A DNA stretch of 63,424 nucleotides, the filler included, from Folioceros fuciformis (Eukaryota), in assembly GCA_049999805.1 (NCBI GenBank). It is 5 parts of 5 records of this genome, joined end to end, with 100 filler letters (N's around TTAATTAATTAA, not from the genome) between each part and the next. Parts side by side here need not be neighbours in the genome. Positions count along the whole stretch, not along the records: positions 53,576 to 62,297 come from JBNGIO010005163.1; positions 62,398 to 63,424 come from JBNGIO010005173.1; 3 more parts are not named here. One strand, given 5' to 3'. Position 1 is the first letter of the stretch. Every line of letters begins with the position of its first letter. The notes under the pieces were generated by a model. The model had not been told where the DNA came from. It made no database searches and saw nothing but the letters and a program-made list of their open reading frames with translations. A program made the translations under genes and the position numbers. Below, one piece after another: positions 61,049 through 63,424 of this stretch.

Positions 61049-62248
61049 ATGGCCGTGGCCATTGCTGCGACGCGGCACATCGGGATGGCGTTGGATCGCA
61101 GATCGACCACCAGCTTCACCAGATTAAGCAGGGCCGGGATAGTAGCGTGTAGAGCACGGTGGACGAGGAGAGTTTCACACCAGAGCAGAGTGAGGCCATT
61201 TTCTTTCGGCACAACCTCTCACCCTGCGCATCAAAGATTGGATGCCAGCTGCACTTCCCTTTCCTTCATTTCCAGTGCGCAGACGCTCACCTCCTCAAAT
61301 CAAATTCTGCGGTATCTTGCTCCAAGGTAATAAAGGCGGATTTGATGCATTTGGATGAATTCATGCATTGCTTGTGAGGGAATTTTCGTCTACAGACTAC
61401 GCCTCAGATGCTGCTGGTATCGTTGCAGGCCCCCTAAAGGAGAGGAAAGCAACGCAGTCTCCCTTGTGGTTCGAGCCGGCCTCGTGGATATGTAAGCAAA
61501 GTCGGATTCGATTGATCTTTTAAGACGATTGCAAGTTTGCAGGCGATCTACCGATCGTCCAGGAAAGTCGGATTCTTTTTTCATTTGTAATCCACCGTTT
61601 GGTTTGCAGAATCAAGGGGTTTCTCACATTGATTTGGAACACATTCATCAAGGGTCCAGTTCTGGCTGTTGCTAAGTTATTTCAAAGTAAGTGCAAATCG
61701 ATCTCACTCTTGCACCAGGTGGCTAATGTCCGCGTGTGTCGCTAGATTGATTTTGTTGTCTTGCGTTTTCCACGCTGCAGGGGATGTGGACCAAGCCACA
61801 GACATCGTAAAGGAGGGAGCACAAGTTGTCCTCAACATTGCTAAAACAGTGGACAGTGTAGCTGACGCTGTGGAAGCTTATGCTGAGCAAGTTCAAGACA
61901 TTGCTGAGAAGGTCTGGTTTTGTTTTTCAATGCTGGGAGATCTGTCGTGCAAGACTGGACCATGATCGTGCAGAATAACTTAAAGTGGAAATTGCGCAGG
62001 TTGTGAACACGACGGACAAAATTGATGAGCAGCTGGAGGACGTAGTCGAAGTCCTCGCGAACGCTGACGATTTGGATGAGCTGGCAGAGGGCATATCCAA
62101 AGAGACAGGAATTTCAATTAGTAACGTGGCCAACCTGAAGGACAAATCCATAGCAGTGCAAGCTAAGACTGCGGAATTGAAATCAGCCTCGTCGGACCTC
62201 AAGGAAGCCACGAAGACCACTTTACAAGATGCTGAACGAGATTCTTAA
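61049..62248 (+). CDS. Uncharacterised, probably plastid-targeted protein with acidic coiled-coil C-terminus; about 6 exons
   Basis: Phase-consistent GT-AG model: MAVAIAATR...HQSR/CADAH...SCSK/TTPQ...LVVRAGLVDI/IKGFLTLIW...LFQR/DVDQATDIVKEG...IAEK/VVNTTDK...ERDS*. The N-terminus is S/T/R-rich and ends in a VVRA cleavage-like motif. Confidence 0.7.
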
Positions 62249-62297
62249 ATTCGATTAGTAATATTTTTTAAGTATGACATAAACAACAATAGAGGCA

Positions 62298-62397
62298 NNN
62301 NNNNNNNNNNNNNNNNNNNNNNNNNNNNNNNNNNNNNNNNNTTAATTAATTAANNNNNNNNNNNNNNNNNNNNNNNNNNNNNNNNNNNNNNNNNNNN
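62298..62397. other. Artificial contig linker
   Basis: N44-TTAATTAATTAA-N44. Confidence 0.98.
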
Positions 62398-63424
62398 GCG
62401 ATGAAGGATGTTGTGAGAAGTGTGGAACCAAGCAGCAACGGTGTTGAAGCACCTCCGGATTTATAAATCCATGTATGACATTTGTTCGTGTTATACAGAA
62501 ACTGGCGCAACAAGATTCCATTGCGCAAGAAACCCAAGAGGCCTAATCCGGATCTCTCTTTGCCTGCATTAGCAGTAGATCCATTAGGACTCGCACAATA
62601 GCACCCTGCTTAGTCATCATCATCACAGGGAAGTACCAACGCAGTACCTGCGAATTTACATGCAGCACAGTTAGCTCATGTAGCACAGGCGACTTATACA
62701 CCTCAGCAAACACAAGCAAAACAGGTGACTCAAGCTGCTAGTGCAGCACTAGCAGCACAACTAATTAGAACATTCAGTACAATGGCTAATCCACAAAATG
62801 TCACCAACAACACAATTGTGAATAACATTAAAATAGACTTCAAAGAAAAGGATAGGTTTACTGGTTCACAATTTGACATATGGTCTTTAAGGGTCCAGAC
62901 CATCTTGAAGGAACATGATCTATGGGATGTTGTTGACGGAACCTATGTAAAGCCAGCACAAGGTTCAACACCTGTTGACATTGCAGCATGGATTAAGAAG
63001 GACCTACGAGCACTCGGAGTTATCCGGTCGGCACTTGATGGGACAATGATGCACCACACAAGAGATGCAGAATCGACAAAGGCCGTCTGGGACTCCCTCT
63101 CCCAAGTATATCAAGTTATAAATGGAACGTCATTGGTTTGTGCAACCAGAGACTTCTATAACTGTAAAATGCGGGAAGGTGATTCAATAGAGTAGCATAT
63201 AATTAAATTCAGATAGCTAAGATCAAAGCTTACCTCAAGTGGCACCACCACATCTGAGATGCAAGCTGCTGTGGCTCTGCTGCTGTCACTTCCTGAAAGC
63301 TATCGAACTTTCGTCAGCAACCATAGCTCCTCTCTGCACCAAATAGGACTGGCCACACCAGCAGGCCAGACTCCTCTTGTCACACTTTCTGACCTCATTG
63401 GTGCTCTTCTTGAAGAAGAGTCTA
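62398..63424 (+). mobile_element. Degenerate Ty1/copia gag region running off the window
   Basis: DRFTGSQFDIWSLRVQTIL...LWDVVDG...WIKKDLRALGVI...VWDSL...KMREG, followed by in-frame stops and LLLSLPESY. Confidence 0.88.

Overview
Gene-dense, intron-rich eukaryotic nuclear DNA from a land plant. The short (~80-110 nt) introns and compact spacing suggest a bryophyte, possibly a hornwort (inference only). The window is five contigs joined by artificial N44-TTAATTAATTAA-N44 linkers, so adjacency across the gaps is unproven. Host genes: HIT4 (5' truncated), an alpha/beta-hydrolase, a tetraspanin, THO2, a full-size PDR/ABCG transporter, a GSO1-like LRR receptor kinase, a single-exon DUF6817-type protein, a CLU/REC (TSS)-family TPR protein and a small plastid-targeted coiled-coil protein. 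Mobile DNA: an internally deleted Ty1/copia element, a probable solo LTR, a CRE/NeSL-like non-LTR retrotransposon relic, an orphan tRNA-iMet PBS and a copia gag relic. I found no convincing wholly new biological system. The best oddities are (1) fragments of two unrelated genes (acireductone dioxygenase and cytochrome P450) fused between a 38-bp palindrome and an LTR, (2) a U12-type intron in THO2, (3) a hydrolase with Ala at the nucleophile position, and (4) a non-RD receptor kinase apparently lacking the alphaC glutamate. All family calls are from motif recognition, not database searches.
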